Assembly (NCBI GenBank): GCA_965116885.1
Contig: OZ220741.1
Coordinates: 2,496,001 to 2,560,000 of the forward strand
Length of the DNA: 64,000 nucleotides
Source of the DNA: Candidatus Latescibacterota bacterium
GTDB lineage: Bacteria > Latescibacterota > UBA2968
Reading direction: 5' to 3'
The first letter of the stretch is position 1. Each line of letters opens with the position of its first letter. Below the pieces are notes generated by a model. The model was not told where the DNA came from, made no database searches, and saw only the letters and a program-made list of their open reading frames with translations. Shown here piece by piece: positions 1-11,118 of the stretch. The translations under genes were made by a program, and so were the position numbers.

Positions 1-545
1 TGTACATTGGCGGGGAGTTGTATATCGTCAAGGCGTTCCATAGCATAGGTATAGAGGTCATGTGTGGGAATGCCGTGTGCAGCCATGACTTTTTGTGCGA
101 TGGCGTTGTATTCAACTTCGTCGCCGGGTTTGCGGATGGACGCGCCTTCGGGAACCGGTGTGGTGGCGCACCAGATCAGTTTGGCACCGGTTTGTGCGAG
201 GCGTTTGACCAGGGTGTCGAGGTTTTGTTCGTATTGGTCGGCAGGCACCTGGTGTTGGCCCTGTGGGGGATCGACGCGCTCACCCTGTTCTGTCATATAG
301 ACGATGTCGTGTAAGCCCCAGTTGAAGTGGATGGCATCCCAGGAATCGTCACCGAGCCAGTTTTCGATTTCTTCTATGCCGCGCTTTGTCGGGCCGCAGT
401 TGGTGAGCGGGCGGTGGAGATTGGCTTTGCCTTTGAGCAGTTCGCGCACGGGCACGGTATAGCCAATGGAGATGGAGTCCCCAATGATCAATACGCGAGG
501 AAGTCCGGGGTCGTCTTCAATGGGTTCGAATGCTGGGTTATTCAC
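1..545 (-). CDS. SGNH/GDSL hydrolase family protein (3' end runs off the window)
   Basis: Not in the ORF track. Manual translation from GTG at 545 (RBS GGAGA upstream) gives [29 protein letters not shown]...[11 protein letters not shown], with the GDS block I and N-x-G-x-H-D block III motifs. Confidence 0.85.
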   Translation of the reverse strand, partial: MNNPAFEPIEDDPGLPRVLIIGDSISIGYTVPVRELLKGKANLHRPLTNCGPTKRGIEEIENWLGDDSWDAIHFNWGLHDIVYMTEQGERVDPPQGQHQVPADQYEQNLDTLVKRLAQTGAKLIWCATTPVPEGASIRKPGDEVEYNAIAQKVMAAHGIPTHDLYTYAMERLDDIQLPANV

Positions 546-1280
546 GTGGTTCTCCTTTGAGTGACGTCGAATAGTGATCGAGGATCATGTCAAGGGCGAG
601 GAGGTGTACTTTAGCTCGTCTATCCATAGGCCAGTTGGATGATGTTTCAGTGATCATGACGTGGTCGGCATGATGGATATAGACATAAGAAGTAAAACCG
701 CTTTCACCCCAGGCGGGATCGACTTGCAAGACGCCCTCTGCGAGTGGGATATCGGTTTCACCGGTATCCGCATCCAGGGGGCCAATTTTTTTGCCCGGTG
801 CGCGATGGCTGGCGCCAACCACGCGCTATCGCGTTTGCCTTCGTAAAAATAAGTACCTGTTGCGTCGTAATCTTCGTGCATGTCGAGGAAGACGTCAAAA
901 CGATATCCCGCAATCTGCTGTTTGACAAGGGTGGATTCGGGAACTTCGTTTTTGAAAGCGCGATTGATGTCTTCACCCTGGATATTTTCTCGCTGGTTGT
1001 TGATGTATCCAGAAGGGTTGACACAGGGTAGAACGATGACGTGAAAGCGCTGGATTATATCTTCGATATCGCGTTCGAAAAATTGAAGGATGGCTTCGAC
1101 CCCCGCGGGTTCATCGCCGTGTACACCTGCCGAGAGGAGAATATTCGGTTTTGATGGCGCAGGTTTGCCAATTGTGAGACAATGAAAAGCATAACCGTGA
1201 ACATGGCCAATGATGCGATGGGCAATGTCGGGGTGCGCGATATTTTTTAAACGGTTTTCAAAAGTGGTGTAGTCTGGCAT
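538..1280 (-). pseudogene. M14 metallocarboxypeptidase / succinylglutamate desuccinylase-like gene split by a -1 frameshift at an A7 run (786-792)
   Basis: ORF 654..1280 has GVHGDEPAG, PCVNPSG, DINRAF and LDMHED motifs. A plausible C-terminus (…MITETSSNWPMDRRAKVH…) continues in the frame of ORF 538..822, switching at GCA AAA AAA TTG. Confidence 0.7.
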
Positions 1281-1323
1281 GGGATTAATCGGACTATCTC
1301 ATATGAATGGGTTTTTTCAGTGC

Positions 1324-2982
1324 TTATGCGTTGTGCCATGCGTCTTCCCAGGGTGTACCTTCGAGCGATTCTGCGGCGATATCCTGGGGATCGCGTTTGA
1401 GCACTTGTTCTTTATATTTTTTGATGCTCAATTTGTCGGGTGATAAGGAGGTTTCTTTGCTGATGGCGCGGGTAAAGGCTTCGGCAAAGGTTTCGATGCT
1501 GTCTTTTTCATCATCGGGCAAGCGTTTGGGCCAGGGGCCGTCGTTGAGGATGACCGTGCGGCATTCTTCTTCTGTGGGAATGCGGGCTGGACCGGGATAC
1601 GAGCGCAGCCTGTCGCTGTCAAGCGGATCACTCAGGCCGTGTTGTCGTTCCCAGGCGGTGATTTGATTGCGAAATTTTGATGCCAGTGCGGGGTGTTCGG
1701 CGATGAGGTTGTGCTGTTCGTGTGGATCGTTTTCAAGGTCGTAGAGTTCTTCGATTCCGCCGTGGGCAAAGAAGGCGTATTTGTGTTTCTGGTTGCGCGC
1801 TGAAATCCAGCGTCTTTTGCCCTTGCTGTAGTCTATAATCGCGGATTCTCGAGGCAGGGACAGGCCTCCACCTGTTGCGCCCAGGAGATTTGCCCCCGGC
1901 AATGGACCGCGTTCTTCTGGATACTGGAGGTCGAGTTCTTCAATGAGGGTGGGAAAGAAGTCGAGCAGGCTGACGAGGTCATCGCATTGTTGTCCTGCTC
2001 GCGTTTTGCCGGGCCAGCGGAGGAGATATGGAATGCGCACGGAGGATTCATAAGGGCAGTTTTTTTGCGAAAGGCCGTGTTCGCCCATCATTTCACCGTG
2101 GTCTGAGACAAAGAGGATGACAGTGTTATCGGATAGGCCGAGGGTTTCGAGTTCATTCAAAATGCGACCGATGCCGTCGTCAACATGGGAGATGAGGCCA
2201 TAGTAGAGGGCGCGCAGGCGGCGCAGGCGGTCGGGGTCGCGGTGAGCACCGTCCAGACGTCCTCGGCTGCCGTAAAAATTGGGGGGCAGGGTTTCGATAG
2301 GGCGGTCGGCAAAGGATGGGAGGGGCATATCGGCGGGGTCGTACATGTCGTCGTACGGTTCGCAGGGTGCAAAGGGCGGATGCGGCGATATCCAGGAACT
2401 CCACAGGAAAAAGGGTTGATTGGTGCGGTAGCGCGTGTGTTCGCGGAGAAAGTCAATGGACCGGTCGGCGACCCAGGTATTTTTGTGGTGTTCAACGGGT
2501 ATGCCGCAGGTTTGGGGCTGGAAGAAGAGCAGATCGCGGATGCCTTTGGGAAAACGGGTGCGGACGCCGTTTTCTCGCAGATAGCGGAGGTAGTCGTCAT
2601 CGACCCGGTGATCGATGCATTCTTCCATTGTGAGGAGATTTCGGAAGCCGTAGTGCCGACCGCGAAAGTGCATCTTTCCAATGCCCTGCGTCCAGTACCC
2701 GGCGCGCAGAAGAAGCGTCATGATGGTGGGGAGTTCGGGTAAGGGCCCAGGTAGCGCGCTGTTGTCTGTCCAGTGGTGTCGGGACATTCTGTGACCGGTG
2801 ATAAAACTCATGCGCGCGGCAACGCAGACGGGAGTAGGTGTGACTGCCTGCGCAAAGCGAATACCTGAACTGGCGAGTGCATCGAGGTTGGGCGTGCGGA
2901 TTGTTGTATTTCCAGCGCAGCCCATGGCATCTGCGCGCTGCTGGTCGGTCATGAGGACGAGAATATTGGGGCGATCTGGCAT
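1324..2982 (-). CDS. Sulfatase-like hydrolase
   Basis: RPNILVLMTDQQR, CVAARMSFITG (CxAxR variant), GKMH and SDHGEM motifs. Confidence 0.92.
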   Translation of the reverse strand: MPDRPNILVLMTDQQRADAMGCAGNTTIRTPNLDALASSGIRFAQAVTPTPVCVAARMSFITGHRMSRHHWTDNSALPGPLPELPTIMTLLLRAGYWTQGIGKMHFRGRHYGFRNLLTMEECIDHRVDDDYLRYLRENGVRTRFPKGIRDLLFFQPQTCGIPVEHHKNTWVADRSIDFLREHTRYRTNQPFFLWSSWISPHPPFAPCEPYDDMYDPADMPLPSFADRPIETLPPNFYGSRGRLDGAHRDPDRLRRLRALYYGLISHVDDGIGRILNELETLGLSDNTVILFVSDHGEMMGEHGLSQKNCPYESSVRIPYLLRWPGKTRAGQQCDDLVSLLDFFPTLIEELDLQYPEERGPLPGANLLGATGGGLSLPRESAIIDYSKGKRRWISARNQKHKYAFFAHGGIEELYDLENDPHEQHNLIAEHPALASKFRNQITAWERQHGLSDPLDSDRLRSYPGPARIPTEEECRTVILNDGPWPKRLPDDEKDSIETFAEAFTRAISKETSLSPDKLSIKKYKEQVLKRDPQDIAAESLEGTPWEDAWHNA

Positions 2983-2993
2983 GGTGTTTGATA

Positions 2994-4490
<1,497 letters not shown>

Positions 4491-4544
4491 CTATAGTAAA
4501 GTCGAGAAAGTCGATGAGGATTATTTTTCCCCTTCAGATAGAAT

Positions 4545-4581
4545 ACAAAAATCCCCTTGACGCAGACACATCAAGGGGATT
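4545..4581 (-). terminator. Intrinsic terminator / attenuator in the guaB 5' leader
   Basis: Perfect 11-bp stem AATCCCCTTGA/TCAAGGGGATT (4550-4560/4571-4581), followed by a T run on the minus strand, about 65 nt before the guaB start. Confidence 0.8.
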
Positions 4582-4679
4582 CAAGCGGTAGGCACAGTTA
4601 CACACTCCGCTCCGAGGCCTGGCGGAGGTGTAAACCGCCGTTTTTTTAGGCAACAATAAGTGTAAAGCCTCTGGTACAT
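4581..4679 (-). CDS. Putative 32-aa leader peptide MYQRLYTYCCLKKRRFTPPPGLGAECVTVPTA
   Basis: ATG at 4679 with GGAGA RBS 5 nt upstream. The TGA stop overlaps the first base of the terminator stem. Confidence 0.6.
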   Translation of the reverse strand: MYQRLYTYCCLKKRRFTPPPGLGAECVTVPTA

Positions 4680-4710
4680 GATCTTCTCCAAAACGCGACT
4701 ATATTTGTCA

Positions 4711-4739
4711 AATATACCGCTTCTCTTTTATTCTGTCAA
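4711..4739 (-). promoter_or_regulatory. sigma70-type promoter for the guaB leader
   Basis: TTGACA-17 nt-TATATT on the minus strand. Confidence 0.7.
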
Positions 4740-4978
4740 TATGTGTGAAATAGATTTTGTTCACAAGGGTCTCTGGAAAAGGGGTTGACACCGGTCTTTA
4801 CGGCTTATATTTTTTATTTTTATTCACTCGCACTTCTAAATATTGCCGTTGATTGATTAGTTGTTTTTACTTTTTGAGACCGGGATAATTAACACTTCTC
4901 ATAACGCATTGTTGCAGTGTTGGATATACCGGGAACTATACTGATTTATATTTCGTTTAATTTGAAGCGGATTTTGGC

Positions 4979-5007
4979 TTGACAGGGTTTTTTTCATTCA
5001 TTAGATT
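4979..5007 (+). promoter_or_regulatory. sigma70-type promoter for the TPR/ExbBD/TonB operon
   Basis: TTGACA-17 nt-TAGATT. Confidence 0.55.
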
Positions 5008-5126
5008 CTTCAGCCCTGCTACCTGTAATCGCATTATTTTGTGGTGTGGGTTATATATTGTTATTAACATGGAAGCGGCTTGTCTAAACTAAGTGTCGTT
5101 TTCTGCCGAATTTTTACCACAATATT

Positions 5127-6338
5127 ATGGAGATTGGGATCATGATTTTAGATTTGAAATTCCGATCTGGTTTTTTGGCTGTGCTGTGCGGTTTTTTTGT
5201 TTTGAGTACTGCGTCTCTTTGTTTTGCCGAAGAAGGCGAGACCGAGATGACACAGGCGGATTCTATCAAGAGGGCCGGTCAACATTTGGGTTGGGGTGAT
5301 CGGTATCTCAAGAGTGGGCAATACGAAGACGCCGAAACACAGTTGTTCAAATCCTGGGGGTTTAATCCCAGAAGAGGAGCAACGGCTCGACGCCTGGGCA
5401 AATTGTATAATGAAACAGAAAAATATGAGGATGCTATTCAGTGGTATCAAAAAGCCATTGAACTTGAACCCAAGAGCAAGTTCACCAAGGGGGCACATTT
5501 TGCCTTGGCTGGTATCTATATTATACAGGAACAGCCCGAGAACGCTATTGGGCATTATGAAGCGTTGCTGGCATTTAACCTCGAGTCAGAGGAAAAAATT
5601 AAATACTATCATGCGCTGGTCAGTTTGAATGTTGAAACTGGAGAATATGAAAAAGCATTGGATTATGCCAAAAAGTGGGGTGAATTGGCTCCTGATGATC
5701 CCGAAGTGCGGGATATGATTGGTAAATTGCATCTGCGAACAGGTGGCGAGGACGAAGCTCTGGCCGAAATGGAGAAAGTTCTGGAGATAAATCCCGATGA
5801 TTACGCTACACTGGAAAAATTGGCGGGTATGTATGAGCGAAGAGGCGATGATGATAAAGCCTTTGATGCCTTTGAAAAATTATATCAAAATGATGATTCG
5901 AGTGTTTTCTTTTTGGAAGAGACCATTAAATTGGGCAAGATGGTGGGAAAACCCAGAAGTTGGGTTGTCAACCGGCTTGAAAAATTACATGCCCTGCGGC
6001 CCGACAATCCGGGGGTGATCGAAGAACTGGCCGAGTTGACCGGGAGCCTCAAGTGGGTCAATAAAGGACTGAAACAAGATCCCCAAAATGGCAGGTACCC
6101 CTATATGATGGGGAATCATTATTCTAACAGGTGGGAAAATTCAAGTGCAAAACAGGATTCGATCAATGCCTTGATATGGTATAGAAGGGCGTTGAAAGAT
6201 CCGATGTGGAAAGGCAATGCCAACGCAATGATCCAAACACTTGATCCACCCCTGACCGAAGAAGAGAAGAAGCGTCGAGAATTTTTTGAAGATAGTAAAA
6301 AGAAAAAGGAGGAGGTGGAAACAGAAGGTAAGAAGTAG
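5127..6338 (+). CDS. Secreted tetratricopeptide-repeat protein
   Basis: Signal-peptide-like N-terminus and repeated TPR helices (AIQWYQKAIELEP, EKVLEINPDD). Confidence 0.85.
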   Translation: MEIGIMILDLKFRSGFLAVLCGFFVLSTASLCFAEEGETEMTQADSIKRAGQHLGWGDRYLKSGQYEDAETQLFKSWGFNPRRGATARRLGKLYNETEKYEDAIQWYQKAIELEPKSKFTKGAHFALAGIYIIQEQPENAIGHYEALLAFNLESEEKIKYYHALVSLNVETGEYEKALDYAKKWGELAPDDPEVRDMIGKLHLRTGGEDEALAEMEKVLEINPDDYATLEKLAGMYERRGDDDKAFDAFEKLYQNDDSSVFFLEETIKLGKMVGKPRSWVVNRLEKLHALRPDNPGVIEELAELTGSLKWVNKGLKQDPQNGRYPYMMGNHYSNRWENSSAKQDSINALIWYRRALKDPMWKGNANAMIQTLDPPLTEEEKKRREFFEDSKKKKEEVETEGKK

Positions 6339-6408
6339 AAGGTTCTATGTTGTTAATCCATTTTTTTTAATTCACACGCAATTCATAACCTAACCTGGGA
6401 GATGTGGC

Positions 6409-7029
6409 ATGGTTGATCTTTTTATTAAAGGCGGAAACTTTATGTATCCGTTGCTGGTGATGTTATTTTTTGGTGTTGTGGTGATGATTGAGCGCTTTTA
6501 TACGCTTTTTAAGGCACATATCAATGCCAAAGAGTTTATGGTAGAGCTTCAGGATGCCCTCAAGCAAAATGGGCCAGAAGGTGCTGCCGAGTTGTGTTCC
6601 AATACGCGCGGCCCGGTCGCCACGGTGCTGCATGCAGGGCTGTTGCGTTTAGATCGCGGTATTGAGCATGTGGAAAAATCGATTGAGGAATCTGGCGCTA
6701 TCGAAATGGCTTTCCTCGAGCGTGGTCTCGTGTGGCTTTCCACTGTCGCAAACCTCGCACCTCTTGTCGGTTTCCTGGGTACCGTGTCGGGTATGATCCG
6801 GGCGTTTAACGATATTGCCGCTGCTGGCGATGTTGATCCCAGTGTTGTGGCTGGCGGTATTTCTGAAGCGTTGATTACAACAGCTTCGGGCCTGGTGGTT
6901 GCTATTCCGGTACAGGCTGCATACAACTTCTTCCTGTCAAAAATTGACAAGATCATCATCGATCTCCAGGAAAGTTCCAATCAATTTGTCGATGACCTGA
7001 TTCAATTGGGCTACGGCAAGGAGGACTAA
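6409..7029 (+). CDS. exbB: MotA/TolQ/ExbB proton channel
   Basis: APLVGFLGTVSGMIRAF and GISEALITTASGLVVAIP motifs. Confidence 0.92.
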   Translation: MVDLFIKGGNFMYPLLVMLFFGVVVMIERFYTLFKAHINAKEFMVELQDALKQNGPEGAAELCSNTRGPVATVLHAGLLRLDRGIEHVEKSIEESGAIEMAFLERGLVWLSTVANLAPLVGFLGTVSGMIRAFNDIAAAGDVDPSVVAGGISEALITTASGLVVAIPVQAAYNFFLSKIDKIIIDLQESSNQFVDDLIQLGYGKED

Positions 7030-7032
7030 GAC

Positions 7033-7437
7033 ATGGCCCTTCAGCGACGCGAAAAATCTTCACCTGAAATCCCCACCGGATCTATGGCAGATATCGTGTT
7101 TTTGTTGCTGGTATTTTTCCTGGTGACAACCACGATGAACCAGGATAAGGGTATTGGTATGCATTTGCCCCCGGCTGGCGAGTCCAAGAAAATCCAGAAG
7201 AAAAATATTTGCAACGTCTGGGTCAATGTCAATGGGGATATTCTCATCAATTTGGAACAAGGTGTACCGCTGAATATGCTTCGAGCAGATATTGAGCAGC
7301 GATTGGCGCAAAATGAGAAGCTGATCGTTTCATTAAAGGCCGACGAAGAAACGCCCTATGAGAAATTTATCGATGTGCTCGACGAGATTAAATTGTCAGG
7401 GGCAGATAAAATTTCGCTCGCCTCGCCCAGTGAGTGA
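7033..7437 (+). CDS. exbD: ExbD/TolR family protein
   Basis: SMADIVFLLLVFFLVTT transmembrane segment with the conserved Asp; LKAD motif. Confidence 0.9.
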   Translation: MALQRREKSSPEIPTGSMADIVFLLLVFFLVTTTMNQDKGIGMHLPPAGESKKIQKKNICNVWVNVNGDILINLEQGVPLNMLRADIEQRLAQNEKLIVSLKADEETPYEKFIDVLDEIKLSGADKISLASPSE

Positions 7438-7452
7438 GTTCAGGAGGTTTTC

Positions 7453-7860
7453 ATGAATTTTAAGAAAAAGGGTGGTGTCTCGCACAGCATTCCTACCGGG
7501 TCTATGGCCGACATTACTTTTTTGCTGCTCATTTTCTTTATGGTTTCTACGGTTTTTGTCCGCTACCGCGTGACGGGCATTATTATGCCCAAGGCCGAAA
7601 AAATCGAAGAACTCAAGAAGCGTCGTCACATCAACTATTTATGGGTTTCTGCTGATCGCAAAATCTATATTGACGACAAGTTGGCGAATCTCGATCAAGT
7701 AGCCGGGATTTTTTACGATCGCCGCGTCAGAGATCCCCGTATGGTTGTGTCACTCAAATGTGACTATCGCGCGCCTTATGGATTGATCAGCAGAGTGATG
7801 GAAGAATTGCGCGAGGCCGATGCGCTGCGCATTAACTTTGCGACTAACCGAGAGGGGTAA
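7453..7860 (+). CDS. exbD: ExbD/TolR family protein (second paralog)
   Basis: SMADITFLLLIFFMVST; LKCD motif. Confidence 0.9.
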   Translation: MNFKKKGGVSHSIPTGSMADITFLLLIFFMVSTVFVRYRVTGIIMPKAEKIEELKKRRHINYLWVSADRKIYIDDKLANLDQVAGIFYDRRVRDPRMVVSLKCDYRAPYGLISRVMEELREADALRINFATNREG

Positions 7861-7863
7861 GCT

Positions 7864-8511
7864 ATGGCAATGATTCGGGGAAAAGCACCAGAAGCCGATT
7901 TGCGACGAAGGTATAATAAGGTTTTTGGATATTGCACGTTGATCACGTTTGTCCTGCATACCGCCGTGGCTGTGATTTTTCCAACTTTTGACGCCTCTGC
8001 GAGTGATCGCAAGAAGAAACAGATTATCATTGAAAATGTGGATATTCCAGAAACCCGGCAGATAAAACGTCCGCCACCGCCACCGCGGCCTGCTGTGCCA
8101 ATTGAGACAGAGAGCGACGATGTGCCCGACGATGTGACTATTGAGAGCACAGATCTCGATTTTGACGATGCAATGGTCGATATGCCACCGCCACCGCCGC
8201 CAGGTTCACAAGAGGAAGAAGAAGAAATTTTCGAGTTTTTCATGGTTGAACAAAAACCAAAAGTCATAAAGCAGGTAAACCCGAAATATCCGGAAATCGC
8301 CCGCAAAGCCGGGTTGACTGGAAAAGTGTTTTTGAAGTTTTTGGTTGATAAGAGCGGGCGGGTAAGCAATGTGTCCGTACTTAGAGGTCAAGAAATTTTC
8401 CGGCAAGCAGCGATTGATGCCGTTTTGCAATTCAGGTTTGAACCAGCCCAGCAAAATGACAAGCCGGTTTCTGTATGGATGACACAGCCGATGTCTTTCC
8501 GTCTGAATTGA
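7864..8511 (+). CDS. tonB: Energy transducer TonB
   Basis: N-terminal TM with His, Pro-rich linker, YPEIARKAGLTGKV C-terminal domain. Confidence 0.92.
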   Translation: MAMIRGKAPEADLRRRYNKVFGYCTLITFVLHTAVAVIFPTFDASASDRKKKQIIIENVDIPETRQIKRPPPPPRPAVPIETESDDVPDDVTIESTDLDFDDAMVDMPPPPPPGSQEEEEEIFEFFMVEQKPKVIKQVNPKYPEIARKAGLTGKVFLKFLVDKSGRVSNVSVLRGQEIFRQAAIDAVLQFRFEPAQQNDKPVSVWMTQPMSFRLN

Positions 8512-8530
8512 GGTAGTAATTTTATGATTA

Positions 8531-8566
8531 AAAGGCCATTGTACAGGATGTACAATGGCCTTTTTT
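8531..8566 (+). terminator. Intrinsic terminator after tonB
   Basis: AAGGCCATTGTACA-gga-TGTACAATGGCCTT plus T run. Confidence 0.85.
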
Positions 8567-8674
8567 GTGTAAATATGTAAACAATACTTGACATATACGC
8601 CGAAATTTTACAATATATATTGCCTAATCCGAATTTTAAGTCTTTGTAAAGGTTCAAAATAGAGGAGATTTTCC

Positions 8675-9871
8675 ATGTACATGCGTTCCTTCTTTGCGAT
8701 GCTTTCATTGTCTGTGCTGATGGCTGGTTCTGCCCTCGCACAGGGAGTGAGCCCCGAATCGGCTGAAAAGTACAATGCCGGACAGGAATTATTCAAGAAA
8801 CGACAGTTTCAAAGAGCACTCGCATCCTTTGAAGAGGCTGTAAAGCTCGATGCCAAAAACGCGCAGGCATATCGCGCGATGGGCACGACGTACAAAAAGC
8901 TGCGCAATTATTCAAAGGCCATCGAAGCTTATCAAATGGCGACTTCAGTTAAGTCTGATTACGCAGCTGCTTATTTTGAAATGGGCGAATTGCAATTTCA
9001 GACCAAAGACTATAAAGGCGCCCAGGCCAGCATACAAAAGGTGCTGGCTACGGATCCCAGCTTTGAAGCAGATAAAACACGGAAGATATTGAAGAACGCC
9101 TATCTTCAAGAGGGCACCACATTGTTCAGGCGGCGCAATTACAAGGATGCTGCGGCTCAATATGAAAATGCCACGCAAATCGACCCTTCGGATGCGACCG
9201 TATTTTACTATTTGGGATTGGCACATAAAAGTGCGCGCAGTGTGAATGCCGCACGCGAAGCGCTTGAGACTGCTATTGAACTGAATCCGAACTATGGCAA
9301 AGCACATCGCGTCTTGGGCGATATCTTCAGGGCGACAGGAAAAAATAGCAGTGCAGCAAGGGCGTACTTAAATGCGATTAAGGCCGATGCAAAAGATACG
9401 AGGTCTCGTCTGAATTTAGCAATAGTCTATCAGGCGATGAAGCAAAATAGCAAAGCGATTTCCGTGCTTTCAAAAGCGGCACAGGTTGACCCCAAAAGTG
9501 CAACGGTTCACACAGCACTTGGCAAAGCCTATTCAGATTCCAGACAATACACAAATGCTGTTGCTTCCTACAAAAGGGCACTGGGCATTAAGAGTACTCC
9601 CGAGGTGAATTATCGGATAGCTGAACCCTATTTTGGACTCAAGCAATACCAAAATGCGATCAGGCACGCCAATAAAGCCGTGTCTTCGTCTAAATGGAGA
9701 GTGCCTGCCAATGTCATTCTGGGCGATTGTTATCGCGAGCTTGGCCAAAAAGAAAGAGCAATATCGCACTACAAAAAAGGGGCCACTGATCGCCGATACA
9801 AGAAATACGCCGAAGACCAGATTGATCGCATTCTCAATCCAATGGGCGGTGGAGAAGAAGAGGCACAGTAA
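8675..9871 (+). CDS. Secreted tetratricopeptide-repeat protein
   Basis: Signal peptide ending ALA and many TPR units. Confidence 0.88.
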   Translation: MYMRSFFAMLSLSVLMAGSALAQGVSPESAEKYNAGQELFKKRQFQRALASFEEAVKLDAKNAQAYRAMGTTYKKLRNYSKAIEAYQMATSVKSDYAAAYFEMGELQFQTKDYKGAQASIQKVLATDPSFEADKTRKILKNAYLQEGTTLFRRRNYKDAAAQYENATQIDPSDATVFYYLGLAHKSARSVNAAREALETAIELNPNYGKAHRVLGDIFRATGKNSSAARAYLNAIKADAKDTRSRLNLAIVYQAMKQNSKAISVLSKAAQVDPKSATVHTALGKAYSDSRQYTNAVASYKRALGIKSTPEVNYRIAEPYFGLKQYQNAIRHANKAVSSSKWRVPANVILGDCYRELGQKERAISHYKKGATDRRYKKYAEDQIDRILNPMGGGEEEAQ

Positions 9872-9897
9872 GCAGTGCAGTGATTTGTGTTAAGAAT

Positions 9898-9928
9898 AAA
9901 AAGGGACTCTTTGTGAGTCCCTTTTTTT
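9898..9928 (+). terminator. Intrinsic terminator (possibly bidirectional)
   Basis: AAAAGGGACTC-tttgt-GAGTCCCTTTTTTT. Confidence 0.8.
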
Positions 9929-9947
9929 GTAGGAGATATCTCCTTTT

Positions 9948-11099
9948 GTGAAAAAAGATACTTTTTTGTATGTCAGTGCCTTTTTAATGGATGGCTGTTT
10001 TTCTCTTGTGGGCATTTGCGTTCCATTATACGCCCTGCAATTCGGTGCGACTTATGACGATCTCGGGCACATCAATGCCTGGGGTGCACTGGCTTATACT
10101 CTGACCAGTCTTGTGTCGGGACGTCTTGCAGATCGCCTGGGTTATCGCCAGATTATGAGAATTGGAAGTTTTTGTCTTTTTCTGACATTTGTGGGATATA
10201 TCGGTGTCAATCGCATCTGGCATTTTATTTTGCTTTCCGTGCTTTCTGCTGTTGCTATTGCACATTATTGGCCTCCGATGCAAGCCTATCTTGGGCGTGG
10301 AAAATCGCGAGACAGGCTGTTACCCGCGTTGGGGCGATTCAATGTGGCATGGACACTGGGTGTGTTTGTTGGACCAGCCGCAGGTGGTGTGTTGTTCGCA
10401 TTCCACCCTTTTAGCGGATTTATTCTGGGTGGTTTTTTGGTCGTTTTGTTATTTGCCGGTTTGCTCGTTGTTCCGATTGTGGAATCGGAGCCTGATGTTG
10501 TAAATAGACGGTCGGTTGCCGCAACGTCGGGACATTTTTTACCGCTTGCATTGCTGGCTAATTTTGCAACGTTTTTTGTGATTGGGCTTATACGTGCGCT
10601 CTTTCCAAAGTTGGCGACGGATCTCGGCATTTCACCGGATTTGCTGGGGTTTTTGCTCGCGCTGATCGCTTTGACCCAACTTGCGGTTTTTTATTTTATG
10701 TCGCGGACAGATCGATGGCAATTTCGCCTGTCACCCATTATTTTTGCTCAGCTTTTGGCCGCTTTTGGCCTCGGTTTGATCGGGATAGGTACAAGGCCGA
10801 TTGCTTTTGCATGTGGTTTTTTGCTGTTGGGTGTGCTGATTGGGGTGACGTTTACAGCGAGTATTTTTTACAGTTTGTACGCCGAAGGGCCTGGAGGCCG
10901 TCGCACGGGTATTCACGAAGCGATTGTGGGGAGTGGATTTTTATTTGGTCCGCTTCTCGGCGGTCTTGTTGCCGAGCATTTTAATGCGCGATTGCCCTAT
11001 TTGATGGGTAGTATGGTTATTCTGGTGACGATAGGTATTCAGTTGTTTGTCCATAAAATGAAAGCTCCCCGCAGCTTTGCGCCACAGGCGGGCGACTAA
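9948..11099 (+). CDS. MFS transporter
   Basis: About 12 hydrophobic segments; GRLADRLGYR motif A. Confidence 0.9.
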   Translation: MKKDTFLYVSAFLMDGCFSLVGICVPLYALQFGATYDDLGHINAWGALAYTLTSLVSGRLADRLGYRQIMRIGSFCLFLTFVGYIGVNRIWHFILLSVLSAVAIAHYWPPMQAYLGRGKSRDRLLPALGRFNVAWTLGVFVGPAAGGVLFAFHPFSGFILGGFLVVLLFAGLLVVPIVESEPDVVNRRSVAATSGHFLPLALLANFATFFVIGLIRALFPKLATDLGISPDLLGFLLALIALTQLAVFYFMSRTDRWQFRLSPIIFAQLLAAFGLGLIGIGTRPIAFACGFLLLGVLIGVTFTASIFYSLYAEGPGGRRTGIHEAIVGSGFLFGPLLGGLVAEHFNARLPYLMGSMVILVTIGIQLFVHKMKAPRSFAPQAGD

Positions 11100-11118
11100 T
11101 TTTCAATTTGTGTGGAGG

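Noticed and set aside
4545..4710. Canonical purine (guanine) riboswitch before guaB
   Set aside because: The conserved purine aptamer junction and loop sequences are not visible; the region is better explained by a uORF plus terminator.
5127..9871. TPR-ExbB-ExbD-ExbD-TonB-TPR operon as a novel motor
   Set aside because: This layout is common in FCB-group bacteria and nothing in the sequence marks it as special.
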